IMG/VR virus record: IMGVR_UViG_3300013004_000031
Coordinates: 1-64,000 of that record
From: an uncultured virus (IMG/VR IMGVR_UViG_3300013004_000031)
Taxonomy: Duplodnaviria; Heunggongvirae; Uroviricota; Caudoviricetes
Reading direction: 5' to 3' (one strand)
DNA: 64,000 bases
In this document: positions 36,255-45,316 of the stretch, in pieces
Layout: every line of letters begins with the position of its first letter
Position numbering within the stretch: position 1 is the stretch's first letter
Program-made: the position numbers and the translations under genes
The notes under the pieces: generated by a model
Told to the model about the DNA's origin: nothing
The model's input: only the letters and a program-made list of their open reading frames with translations
Database searches by the model: none

Positions 36255-36503
36255 ATGGAATACTCTCGTGTCAAGGATGAAAAGAATATCGCAAATATTT
36301 ATCAACAAATGCTTAATGAGGATATGACAAGCGGTGGTGCGTTTGGTGGTGATATTGCGGGTCATGCTGGAATGGAGAACACGGATTGGTTTGCACCGGG
36401 GGATGCCAGAAACCCGTATGGAATGGGAATCACTACGAGAAGTGGTCAATTGAGTGCGAAAAAAGGTAAGAAACGTAAGAAAAAGCGTGTTCAGAAACAA
36501 TAA
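36255..36503 (+). CDS. 82-aa late protein: gp23 N-arm-like segment plus polybasic tail
   Basis: TAAATA-gtaac-ATG; 14/29 identity to the gp23 segment SGG...GDARLP; KKGKKRKKKR. Confidence 0.75.
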   Translation: MEYSRVKDEKNIANIYQQMLNEDMTSGGAFGGDIAGHAGMENTDWFAPGDARNPYGMGITTRSGQLSAKKGKKRKKKRVQKQ

Positions 36504-36843
36504 TTTTTGTACATAAGACCAAGCCCGCCCACCACCCCTAATTATATTCGCCATATTGATTTGTCAATAGTGTAATATGAATTATTTTCAAGTTTTTTCA
36601 ATTATTGTTCATCTATTCCCACCCTCCTCCCTATACCTTAACATGACTATTTCAAAAGTCAATACCTTATAATTAATTAGCTTATTATTAGATATTGATT
36701 AGATATTAACTATGATTAAAGATAACTAAAGAAAGAAACAAAGAAAAAAAAATTAATTCTAATAAATACAATCAATCAGCTTACCAAAGCGTACCAACGC
36801 TTATCATTAGATATTGATTTAGATTAATTATAATTAAATATAA
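36504..36843. other. Non-coding strand-switch region, candidate replication origin
   Basis: Largest gap in the window. It has two leftward promoter-like sites followed by G-tracts, TTAGATATTGAT direct repeats and an A-rich tract, and lies upstream of uvsY. Confidence 0.5.
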
Positions 36844-37314
36844 ATGGAAAAAATTTTGGAAACCGCCCCACAAATCACCACTTGGAAGAATTTCCCAACC
36901 GATACGGAAGGTGTTGTGGGATTTGTTTACCTCATCCGCAACAATCATCCAGAATCTACACGCAAATATTACATCGGTAAGAAACAGCTTCTCAAGCGTG
37001 TGAAGCGCAAACCATTGAAAGGTAAGACACGCAATCGCATTTCATTTGTGGACAATGATGTGGAGAAGTATTGGGGATCGTCCAAAGAACTCCTGAATGA
37101 TATTGAGAAATATGGGATTGAGCATTTTTCAAGGGAAGTGATAGAGGTGTGTTACTCAAAATTCCATATGACGTATTCGGAACTACTGTGGCAGATCAAA
37201 ACCAATTCATTAATGGATCAAAGATTCTACAATGGCATTCTAAATGTTAGGATTTCGAAGATACCCAAAGGATTTGTTGACATTGAACGTGATCCTGCTA
37301 TTTTGAAGCTGTGA
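36844..37314 (+). CDS. GIY-YIG endonuclease (T4 endonuclease II-like)
   Basis: GFVYLI...YYIGKK, YWGSS, FSREVI, E and FYN. Confidence 0.85.
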   Translation: MEKILETAPQITTWKNFPTDTEGVVGFVYLIRNNHPESTRKYYIGKKQLLKRVKRKPLKGKTRNRISFVDNDVEKYWGSSKELLNDIEKYGIEHFSREVIEVCYSKFHMTYSELLWQIKTNSLMDQRFYNGILNVRISKIPKGFVDIERDPAILKL

Positions 37315-37811
37315 CAAGGATTCAATTTCAAAATAGAAAGATCATCGACATTGATGAGATATTTCGGGATACGAATGGAAATTTCGCAATCCTTTTGGAA
37401 TCCCTTGGATTGACCACCACCTTTGATTTCTCCAAGCGCAATAACCAAAAATTATACACCCACGAGTTCATCAAGACCACAACACAATTCCTGAAATACA
37501 ACACCCACACGGATTTCATTTTCTTTTCCAATGCTCTTACCAAGGACAAGTTCCGCAATCGACTTTTGGCTAAAATCCGGCGAATCTTCAAGATAAGGAT
37601 TTGGGAAGCCAATTATGATTTGGAGCATTTAAAATACCTGATTGATATTCGGGACTGTTCCACCATCTCTGGATTGGAAATGGCATTTTCGGATCGCAAA
37701 CCCCCATCGTTCCGCAAGATTTCCAAATATCTGGAAAAGGAAGGTCTGACATTCCTAAATGAAAAATACTTTCAAGATGTGGTAAACAAAATGATAATTT
37801 TCAATCATTAA
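37311..37811 (+). CDS. Hypothetical protein
   Basis: GTGA-coupled ORF. Confidence 0.65.
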   Translation: MTRIQFQNRKIIDIDEIFRDTNGNFAILLESLGLTTTFDFSKRNNQKLYTHEFIKTTTQFLKYNTHTDFIFFSNALTKDKFRNRLLAKIRRIFKIRIWEANYDLEHLKYLIDIRDCSTISGLEMAFSDRKPPSFRKISKYLEKEGLTFLNEKYFQDVVNKMIIFNH

Positions 37812-37824
37812 TCTAAATAGTATT

Positions 37825-38274
37825 ATGAGCAAATTTCTTGAGATTTTAGAACAACACGATCCTGCCAACCAATCCAAGATGGATGCGGCATTTCAGGCGA
37901 AATTCTTCCTTTATGAACAAGAAGTCCCTTTCAGTTCCAAAGGTTCCCAAATCATCCTTCATGCGGAACAAGGGGATATTATTTTGGAAGCTGTGGGTAT
38001 GCAAGCCCGTCAAGATATGGGCGATCTCCCAGAGGAAGAACAACAAACAGTTGGTTCGTATGATATTGACGGAGAAGTTGAAAAATTGGGCGCAAAAGCA
38101 TTAAGTCTTGGCCCAATGGGTAAGCTTCTTGGGACGAAGGCACAGAAAGCGAAAGCGGCAGCTAAAGAGCGCGATAATGTTGCGGGTCAAGCGGTAGAAC
38201 AGTATAAAAACAACACCAACAGCCTAAGAAAAGCGGTTGCAAAATCCAAAGCGAAAAAATTCAACGTTGTTTAA
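37825..38274 (+). CDS. Hypothetical late protein
   Basis: TAAATA-gtatt-ATG; MSKFLEILE. Confidence 0.7.
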   Translation: MSKFLEILEQHDPANQSKMDAAFQAKFFLYEQEVPFSSKGSQIILHAEQGDIILEAVGMQARQDMGDLPEEEQQTVGSYDIDGEVEKLGAKALSLGPMGKLLGTKAQKAKAAAKERDNVAGQAVEQYKNNTNSLRKAVAKSKAKKFNVV

Positions 38275-38275
38275 C

Positions 38276-38680
38276 ATGAAATCTAAAACCTTACAATTAA
38301 TCGCAAGATACCAAACCATCTTGGAACAAGATGAGCAAAATCCTGAAGCTGGTATGGAACAAGCACCACCCCAAGAAGGACAATCTCCTGCACCAGAGAT
38401 GCCTCCTGAAGAACCTCAAGAGACAATCCCCCTGAGTTCTCCCGCCGAAGTGCGTTACATGGAAGATGTGGTTCTAGCTGCTCTCATGGAACCCCCCAGT
38501 GGCACGGATCGCATTGCTTTGGAAAACATCCTAGATTTGCTACGCAGACCTGATAATATCAAGAGAATTCAAGCATCGGGACAAACCGCAAAGGATTTGT
38601 ATCAATCAAAAGTTCTTCCAATTATCCGTCCTGCACAACAAGGACAGGACATTCGGGATAATTTAGATCAGATGGACTAA
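38276..38680 (+). CDS. Hypothetical late protein
   Basis: MKSKTLQLIARYQTILE, then a Pro/Glu-rich linker. Confidence 0.7.
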   Translation: MKSKTLQLIARYQTILEQDEQNPEAGMEQAPPQEGQSPAPEMPPEEPQETIPLSSPAEVRYMEDVVLAALMEPPSGTDRIALENILDLLRRPDNIKRIQASGQTAKDLYQSKVLPIIRPAQQGQDIRDNLDQMD

Positions 38681-38688
38681 ATAATATT

Positions 38689-39147
38689 ATGAAATTCAAA
38701 GGAGAAGAAAATGCCGTGCTTTGGGAATCCTATACTGGAAGAAATTTTAAACGAGAAGACGCAGAAGAAGACTTCATGAGCGATGATCTTGAAGACGATT
38801 TTTCTGATGATGGTATTGACGATTTTGACGATGACATGGATTTTGGCGATGATCTTGACGATGATCTTGGAGGCGGGGAAGCACAAGGAATGGTCATGCA
38901 AATTGATCCAATTGCTCCCGTGGAATCGCATGAGGTAAATGAGGTTCTGGTATCGGAACTCAAGAAGCTTTCGGAATATGGTAAGCGTCTTTATGACATG
39001 AAAGATTCCGCTGAATTTGAAGATTGGATGGTTTCAGCAATCACCATTGCATCTACTTACGTTTCCGATGTTTGGCACCGTCTGGATGCCAAGGCTGATT
39101 TCGCCAATACGGGGTTTGAGCAAGCCGATGATTTCGAACAATTTTAA
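38689..39147 (+). CDS. Acidic hypothetical late protein
   Basis: TAAATA-atatt-ATG; LWESY; Asp-rich tract. Confidence 0.75.
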   Translation: MKFKGEENAVLWESYTGRNFKREDAEEDFMSDDLEDDFSDDGIDDFDDDMDFGDDLDDDLGGGEAQGMVMQIDPIAPVESHEVNEVLVSELKKLSEYGKRLYDMKDSAEFEDWMVSAITIASTYVSDVWHRLDAKADFANTGFEQADDFEQF

Positions 39148-39148
39148 T

Positions 39149-39415
39149 ATGATATCCAAATCAGAAGAAAATGAAATTATATGGGAATCGTTGAAAACAG
39201 ATTCTTCTCAAGATCATTTGTCTCTTCTTATGGACTCCAAGCACATGATCGAACATATGATTAAAACGATTAATAATTATTCAATGTTCCATAGCACCCC
39301 CGATAAACCTAAACCAAAATTCCCAAATATTGGGGAGATTTCATCTGCACATAAAAACGTAAAACGGATTTACGAAAGCATGGGCGTAGATGTTAATGAA
39401 AAACCAGTAATTTAA
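39149..39415 (+). CDS. Hypothetical protein
   Basis: MISKSEENEIIWES, a start similar to the previous gene. Confidence 0.6.
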   Translation: MISKSEENEIIWESLKTDSSQDHLSLLMDSKHMIEHMIKTINNYSMFHSTPDKPKPKFPNIGEISSAHKNVKRIYESMGVDVNEKPVI

Positions 39416-39419
39416 ATGA

Positions 39420-39878
39420 ATGAGAAGTTTCAAGCAATTCTTTGTGGAAAAAAACATCCTCGGTTTGGAAGAGGATATCGTAGTTGATGGTGTCGGAACC
39501 ATATCCGCCAAATTGGATACGGGTAATGGTGCTTACAATGTTTTACACGGAGAAGACCTTGAGTTCGGAAAAGACAGACAAACCAACCAACCCATAGTAA
39601 GATTTACAACCATGAATTCCATACGCTTAGAAAAACCAGTCAAAGATACCATCACTATTAATCTAGGGGCTGGTAATACGGAAGAACGTCCAATCTGTTT
39701 ATTTGATTGTGCAATTGGGGGTAAGAGATTCCCCAATACGCCATTTTCAATTGGTAATAGAGCGGATAACGATCATAAGGTTTTAATTGGTAAGGGATTT
39801 ATAGCGAAGCAGTTGGATGCGCTTGTCGATGTTGCCCTTAAAAATGTGGCAGATCAAAATTTAACAGCAGATGTCTAA
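39420..39878 (+). CDS. Retropepsin-like (RimK-associated type) aspartic protease with capsid-targeting-like N-terminus
   Basis: AKLDTG, ERP, FS..NR and VLIG..F; begins MRSFKQFFVE. Confidence 0.8.
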   Translation: MRSFKQFFVEKNILGLEEDIVVDGVGTISAKLDTGNGAYNVLHGEDLEFGKDRQTNQPIVRFTTMNSIRLEKPVKDTITINLGAGNTEERPICLFDCAIGGKRFPNTPFSIGNRADNDHKVLIGKGFIAKQLDALVDVALKNVADQNLTADV

Positions 39879-40554
39879 TAAAATATCACAAAAAGAACTT
39901 TTGAGTGAGGGATTTTGGGATGCTTTTGGAAAAGCAAAAGAAAAACTCAGAGAGAAATTTCCTAGAACTACTAGATTGGCATCTTTAGCTGGTTCTGTTG
40001 CTGATGTGGTAGCTCCAGAAATAATGCAACCTATTAGAAAGCAAAAAGAATGGAGAGATTCCGCCAGTGAAAAAGCTAAAAGAGCTTCAATGACTCAAGA
40101 TCAAATTACGTTGGATTACATTCATGAAGATGGGTTCCACGAAGAGCGAGGTGAAAAGCTCAATTGGAATCCGAAACGAAACGCCGATGGGACATACACA
40201 GCAACTATTAAAGTGGGGGAGTTGGTAAACGATCCACAGACGGGTGATCCTAAATTGGGTAGAACATTCTCTGCTGATAAATCAACATATATTGTTAAAT
40301 TTGATCCGAAAAATAGGACAGCCAAAAGAGTTAGAGGACCAGACAGACAGCTTGCTTCCAGTACCGACCAAATTAGGTATGCATTGGAAGATGCTGGTTA
40401 TAATACTGTGGGTGGTATTAAAATTACTGGAAATAATCGAGATGGTACTATAAATGTGGACGCATATATATTAACTAATATTGGTGGGAATCAACAACGG
40501 ACTTTACAACATTTTATTTATAATCCTTCCACGGAACAAATATCCATTCCTTGA
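39871..40554 (+). CDS. Hypothetical protein, candidate virion-internal protein
   Basis: MSNKISQKELLSEGFWD. Confidence 0.7.
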   Translation: MSNKISQKELLSEGFWDAFGKAKEKLREKFPRTTRLASLAGSVADVVAPEIMQPIRKQKEWRDSASEKAKRASMTQDQITLDYIHEDGFHEERGEKLNWNPKRNADGTYTATIKVGELVNDPQTGDPKLGRTFSADKSTYIVKFDPKNRTAKRVRGPDRQLASSTDQIRYALEDAGYNTVGGIKITGNNRDGTINVDAYILTNIGGNQQRTLQHFIYNPSTEQISIP

Positions 40555-40583
40555 CATTCTCAAATGTCTCCATAAATCCTATC

Positions 40584-40943
40584 ATGCAAGTGGAAATCAA
40601 AGCGCAAGAGGATGAGAATTTCAAATTCATTACAACGGACGAAACGGATGATCTTAAAGATGATTCCCATGTCAGTTCTGTGAATAATGACGATAATGTA
40701 TTGGTTGGAAGAACTTGGAATAAATGGTATGGTGAATACATGACACCCGAAGAATTGGAAGAAAAGCAAAAACAACAAGAGATACGGGATGAAGAGCTTA
40801 AACAAAAATCAATTGAAAGATTGAAAGCAGAAAAAATCGCAGAACAACCCGTTCAACTGGAACCGCCCAAACGCATGGAAGCAACGCTGAACAATAAATC
40901 GGGACACGAATGGTTTAATGGAACATCTTGGGGATTGAAATGA
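40584..40943 (+). CDS. Hypothetical protein
   Basis: Start re-assigned to the ATG at 40584. Confidence 0.6.
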   Translation: MQVEIKAQEDENFKFITTDETDDLKDDSHVSSVNNDDNVLVGRTWNKWYGEYMTPEELEEKQKQQEIRDEELKQKSIERLKAEKIAEQPVQLEPPKRMEATLNNKSGHEWFNGTSWGLK

Positions 40944-41761
40944 TAACAAATATTAAAATTCTAAATGGGTTTGCCACTGAGCTTCCCAATTTCCACAAGG
41001 GAATTGAATTCCAATTTTCGGAAGGGCTAACTATTTTGAATGGTCCAAATGGCTGCGGCAAGACCAGTGTTCTAAAAATGCTCAAGGCATATTGTGGCAT
41101 CCCCAATGGATATGCGGGATGGTCTAGGATTTCTTCGGAACTTGCTCTGGGAGCGCAGCAGAGAAGTCATTTCCCTTACGTGTATCGCGCCTATTCCCCC
41201 GGTCAATCCGACTGTATTGTGGGTTGGGATGGAACACCAACCTTCTATAATGAAGGGGATGTAAAGATTGACCAATGGGGATGGTTCACTCACAAGGATA
41301 TTTCATCAGAAGATGGTATGACCACGGAAGCGGAACACATGGATGCAATGGTTGAGAAACCATCATCGGGTCAATATCGTTTGAAAAAGCTCAACAAACT
41401 ATTCAACATGCTCAAGAGTCCTCCTGATCTCACCAAGTATGTTTCTTCCCATCCCGCACAAGTTGGAGAGGTCGATTACATCCGTTCCCTACCGCGCACG
41501 GGCAGGGTGACATTGCTTCTGGATGAGCCAGAGCGAGCATTATCCCTACCCAAGCAGATGGAACTCTTTGCTCTTCTGAAAAGGATGTCCAAGGAATACC
41601 AAATCATCGTGGCAACCCATTCTCCCTTTGTTTGCCTCATGGATTTGGATGCTAAAATCTATGATATTGAAGTTGGATATAGTGATGAATGTAAGAATAT
41701 CATTGAAAATTTAGTAAAGTATAATGGGGAAGAACAATGGATTTTAAGTGGTGGTGAATAA
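40940..41761 (+). CDS. ABC/AAA-type ATPase
   Basis: GPNGCGKT, SSGQ, LLLDEPE and ATHSP. Confidence 0.88.
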   Translation: MITNIKILNGFATELPNFHKGIEFQFSEGLTILNGPNGCGKTSVLKMLKAYCGIPNGYAGWSRISSELALGAQQRSHFPYVYRAYSPGQSDCIVGWDGTPTFYNEGDVKIDQWGWFTHKDISSEDGMTTEAEHMDAMVEKPSSGQYRLKKLNKLFNMLKSPPDLTKYVSSHPAQVGEVDYIRSLPRTGRVTLLLDEPERALSLPKQMELFALLKRMSKEYQIIVATHSPFVCLMDLDAKIYDIEVGYSDECKNIIENLVKYNGEEQWILSGGE

Positions 41762-41791
41762 TAAATATAATAGAATTTAATAAATAATAAT

Positions 41792-42028
41792 ATGAGCGGG
41801 TTTTTTAAAGAAAAATACGGAGGTTCTGCTGGGGCAATTTTGGATGCTTGGGGGCATGACCGAATCAATGCGGAGATTGGAAACATCTATGAGCAACATG
41901 TATTTGGTGCCAAGAGCATCAACATGGACGAACTTCTAAATGAATTTCATGGACAAGCTACGGGCGGTGCTGTGAGGTATTCGGCTGATATTAAGACTGC
42001 TCCCAAAGGGGGCTTACTGGAAGGATAA
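41792..42028 (+). CDS. Hypothetical late protein
   Basis: TAAATA-ataat-ATG. Confidence 0.6.
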   Translation: MSGFFKEKYGGSAGAILDAWGHDRINAEIGNIYEQHVFGAKSINMDELLNEFHGQATGGAVRYSADIKTAPKGGLLEG

Positions 42029-42033
42029 AAATT

Positions 42034-42423
42034 ATGAAAAACGTATATGAAGCGACATTTCCTAGTCCTATGACTGAGGAACAAAAAGAAGAAGCCACTA
42101 AAATTGCTAGACATCTGGCAACACATTACTTAAACGCTGTATGGGATATGTCAAGTGGACGAGGAGTCCCATCTGAAGAAGTAACAAATATCCAAGAGAA
42201 ATATAAACAAGTGGAACAGCAAGTCGTGAGGGAATATGAGAAATCTCTGAATGAAAAGGTTCTTAAATTCTTCATGTTAAAGCGTAAGAAGAAAGGGGAA
42301 AAGATTTCCATTGATGATGTTGTAAGCATTATCAAATATAAGCTAATATCCAAACCAAAGAGGAAATTGGATTGTTTCATGTGGGATAAAGAATATAATA
42401 TTTATCCGTTGGTTAGACGGTGA
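42034..42423 (+). CDS. Hypothetical protein
   Basis: Packed ORF. Confidence 0.6.
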   Translation: MKNVYEATFPSPMTEEQKEEATKIARHLATHYLNAVWDMSSGRGVPSEEVTNIQEKYKQVEQQVVREYEKSLNEKVLKFFMLKRKKKGEKISIDDVVSIIKYKLISKPKRKLDCFMWDKEYNIYPLVRR

Positions 42424-42466
42424 TCACACATAGATATTACTCAGATTTTGACTAAGTAATATCAAC

Positions 42467-43213
42467 ATGGCAATTAAAAATGCTCCGAAAGGAAAACGCC
42501 GGGAAGTCAATTTAGTAGATGTTGAAAGTGCTATCGCCAATAGCTACAATAAGATTGACTTCAAATTTAAAAACAGAGCTTTCAAATTAACCGACAAACA
42601 AAAAGAGTTGGTTTCAATTATAAACGATCCAAATACTAAGGTTGTTATAATTCAAGGCCCAGCCGGAACTGGAAAATCTTGGACATCTATTTATTGTGGA
42701 TTGACGTTGATTAAAGAACAAAGATTTGAAAAGCTTCTTTATGTGAGAGCCATGGTTGAAAGTGCTTCCAAATCCATGGGATATCTTCCGGGGTCAGAAG
42801 CAGACAAGACATTACCATTTAATGCTGTAGCTTTTGAGTTGATAAATAAGCTGGTAGAAGATAAGGATTTACCTAAAATTCAAAAAGCTGGTATCATCGA
42901 AACTATGCCAGTAAACCACGCTAGAGGACACACATGGGATAATATGTTTGTTTTAGTTGATGAAACGCAGCAAATGGAAACCAAGGAAATTCTTACGGTT
43001 GCTAGTAGGCTGGGGGAGAATAGCATTATGGTCTTAGCTGGAGATCACATGCAACCAGATATCCAGAGGAGTGGTTTTCAGGCTGTTTATAATGCCTTCA
43101 ACGATCAAGAATCCATTGATAATGGTATCAGGACATTTGAATTTACGGAAGATGATATCGTAAGGTCAAAAATTCTCAAATTCATCGTCAAGAAATTTAA
43201 GACAATTTCTTAA
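42467..43213 (+). CDS. phoH: PhoH-family ATPase
   Basis: GPAGTGKS, GYLPG, RG.T, VDETQ, GD..Q.D and DIVRS. Confidence 0.93.
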   Translation: MAIKNAPKGKRREVNLVDVESAIANSYNKIDFKFKNRAFKLTDKQKELVSIINDPNTKVVIIQGPAGTGKSWTSIYCGLTLIKEQRFEKLLYVRAMVESASKSMGYLPGSEADKTLPFNAVAFELINKLVEDKDLPKIQKAGIIETMPVNHARGHTWDNMFVLVDETQQMETKEILTVASRLGENSIMVLAGDHMQPDIQRSGFQAVYNAFNDQESIDNGIRTFEFTEDDIVRSKILKFIVKKFKTIS

Positions 43214-44465
43214 AATTTTTAACAGAATATGTTATCAGCCTATTCCAAAAATCCAATCCTTCAGGATGATGTCTTTCAATTATCAATCTGAGAGTCTTCA
43301 TTAAAACATTTAAATCTTTCATAATTTGATAAACATTTGAATGTTCTGTTATATTTGGTGCTAAAGATTCGTTGAAGATTTCTTCAAAAGTTCTTCCATT
43401 GTTGTTCATTCGTTGTAATCTTTCAGCGTGTTTTTTATTATCACTTTCTTTCTTTTTATATGTCATTTTTTTAATCCTACTCAGATCAAAATTAGGATCA
43501 ATTTGCTCCACTATACTTCTAATATAATGTGGTCGCCAGTTACAATTGGCTAATTGTTGTATTTCTTTAATATTTAAAGGTTTTTCTTTTAAAGCTGGTA
43601 TAATTATTTGTTCACATAACTCTAAATGTGTCATTCCATTGTTAGCATTTCGTTCCATTACTTCACTCTGTCTCGCCTTCCACGCATCAGAAAGTTTGAT
43701 ACCATATCTTGGATTTTTATCACCCTTCACCGATAATTCACCGGATGCGAATTTTTGTTTTCTTTTTTCTTTAGTTCTTTTAATACCCGCATCGTAGATG
43801 TGTGGATTTTCTAATTTTCGGATACGCCTAGTTTCTTTTTGTTTTTCAATTGTTTCTTTTGAATGTTTTTTACCTCTCATAAATGATCTATCGACCAATT
43901 TATTTGATATTCTCATTTTTTTCTTGGTTTCTTCACTATGTTTTCTACCAATCATATTACCAACTCTACCTTTTTTATACTCTTCTGGCATGATAGGTGT
44001 CCATCCTTGTAAAATCATTTCATCATAATGGTTGGGGTCTAATATATTAACATATATAACATTTTCACTCATGTATAATTTTTTATATTTAGGTTTTGCT
44101 TTTTTAAGAGATTCATAAAATCTAGAATTAACATATCGTTGTTCTTGGTGTTTATTTTTTAATCTCATTTGGAAGAAGGCAAAATTCATTTTTTGGTTCT
44201 TAATTTTACAATTAAACATTTTCGTCAGCAAAAGATGTGCTATAAAATGATCTCTTCCGGGTAAAATGACTACGTTATCATCACAAGATAGAATTTCAGG
44301 ATCGACAAATCGTTTAAACGATTTTGGTATGATGTGATGTTTTTCACAATAGACATCATCGGAATATTGAGTTGATAAAGATTTATTTATTATGGTAACA
44401 TACCATTTGACATATTTTGAGTTGTTCGATATTCTTGTTATTTCGTTTAGTATTGATTTGGTCAT
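43197..44465 (-). CDS. Free-standing HNH homing endonuclease with NUMOD3-like repeats
   Basis: EKHHIIPKS...NVV.L..RDHFIAHLLL; GRKHSEETKKKM and GKKHSKETIEK; late motif TAAATA-cttat-ATG. Confidence 0.88.
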   Translation of the reverse strand: MTKSILNEITRISNNSKYVKWYVTIINKSLSTQYSDDVYCEKHHIIPKSFKRFVDPEILSCDDNVVILPGRDHFIAHLLLTKMFNCKIKNQKMNFAFFQMRLKNKHQEQRYVNSRFYESLKKAKPKYKKLYMSENVIYVNILDPNHYDEMILQGWTPIMPEEYKKGRVGNMIGRKHSEETKKKMRISNKLVDRSFMRGKKHSKETIEKQKETRRIRKLENPHIYDAGIKRTKEKRKQKFASGELSVKGDKNPRYGIKLSDAWKARQSEVMERNANNGMTHLELCEQIIIPALKEKPLNIKEIQQLANCNWRPHYIRSIVEQIDPNFDLSRIKKMTYKKKESDNKKHAERLQRMNNNGRTFEEIFNESLAPNITEHSNVYQIMKDLNVLMKTLRLIIERHHPEGLDFWNRLITYSVKNFKKLS

Positions 44466-44481
44466 ATAAGTATTTAGTATA

Positions 44482-44544
44482 AAAGTTCAAAATTTTTCAA
44501 AAAACGAGTTAATTACTATTCTATCAAGATTTGAACAAAGTAGC
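44482..44544 (+). pseudogene. Possible remnant of a displaced phoH allele
   Basis: Translates KVQNFSKNELITILSRFEQSS, collinear with the resident PhoH segment ETQQMETKEILTVASRLGENS. Confidence 0.5.
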
Positions 44545-44572
44545 TTGCAATCCTATAATTATCTGTTAAGTT
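44545..44572 (+). promoter_or_regulatory. Sigma70-like promoter for the glycan cluster
   Basis: TTGCAA-16 nt (ending TGT)-TAAGTT. Confidence 0.45.
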
Positions 44573-44581
44573 AATATTATT

Positions 44582-45316
44582 ATGAGAGCAGCCATTGTGG
44601 GGACATCGAATACCGGAAAATCAACATTAGTGAAAGCTTTTTTGAAAAAGTGGCCAATGTATAAGACAACTGCGAAAACATATCGTGACATTCTAACGGA
44701 GAATAATCTTGAACATTCTTCAAAGACCACAACGGAAACGCAGATTTTGATTCTTGATTGGATGACTACTACATTGGAAGAAAATAAAGATGAAAAATAC
44801 GTGGTATATGATCGCTGCCCCTTAGATAATCTTGCATATTCCCTACATGCCGCTGAAAATAACTTAATCTCTGAAGAAGTTTTGGGACTCACCGTTGATA
44901 TTGTTCGTCGTTCCTTAAAAAATCTAGATATCATCTTCTGGTTGAAATATGATCCATCAATCAAGATTGTCAATGATGGGACACGCGACACGAATCTTAA
45001 TTACATTCGGGAGATTGATGACATCTTCGCAGGTCTTTATGAACAATATTCCGATCATTTGGGAAACACCCCGTTTTTCATTGCGGAGGATTGTCCCGCG
45101 ATCATTCCCGTTGACATGTCAAATCTCGATGATAGGATTGCGTGGATTGGTGAGTTCATTGATCAGAAAGGTAATCTCGTTGAGACGGGGGAAAGCGTTC
45201 TCGATCCCAAGAATCTGGAAACGATGGAACAAATGCTGAAAGACCAAGGACTCTGGATTGATAAGGATAAGCAATACAAGAATCTGACGGATCAGATTAA
45301 GAATTTTAAAATATGA
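44582..45316 (+). CDS. P-loop kinase (NadR/AAA_28 or nucleotide-kinase-like)
   Basis: GTSNTGKST and YDRCPLD. Confidence 0.8.
   Translation: MRAAIVGTSNTGKSTLVKAFLKKWPMYKTTAKTYRDILTENNLEHSSKTTTETQILILDWMTTTLEENKDEKYVVYDRCPLDNLAYSLHAAENNLISEEVLGLTVDIVRRSLKNLDIIFWLKYDPSIKIVNDGTRDTNLNYIREIDDIFAGLYEQYSDHLGNTPFFIAEDCPAIIPVDMSNLDDRIAWIGEFIDQKGNLVETGESVLDPKNLETMEQMLKDQGLWIDKDKQYKNLTDQIKNFKI

Noticed and set aside
36243..36554. 103-aa minus-strand ORF upstream of uvsY
   Set aside because: It overlaps the better-supported plus-strand late gene 36255-36503 and reads as its shadow.
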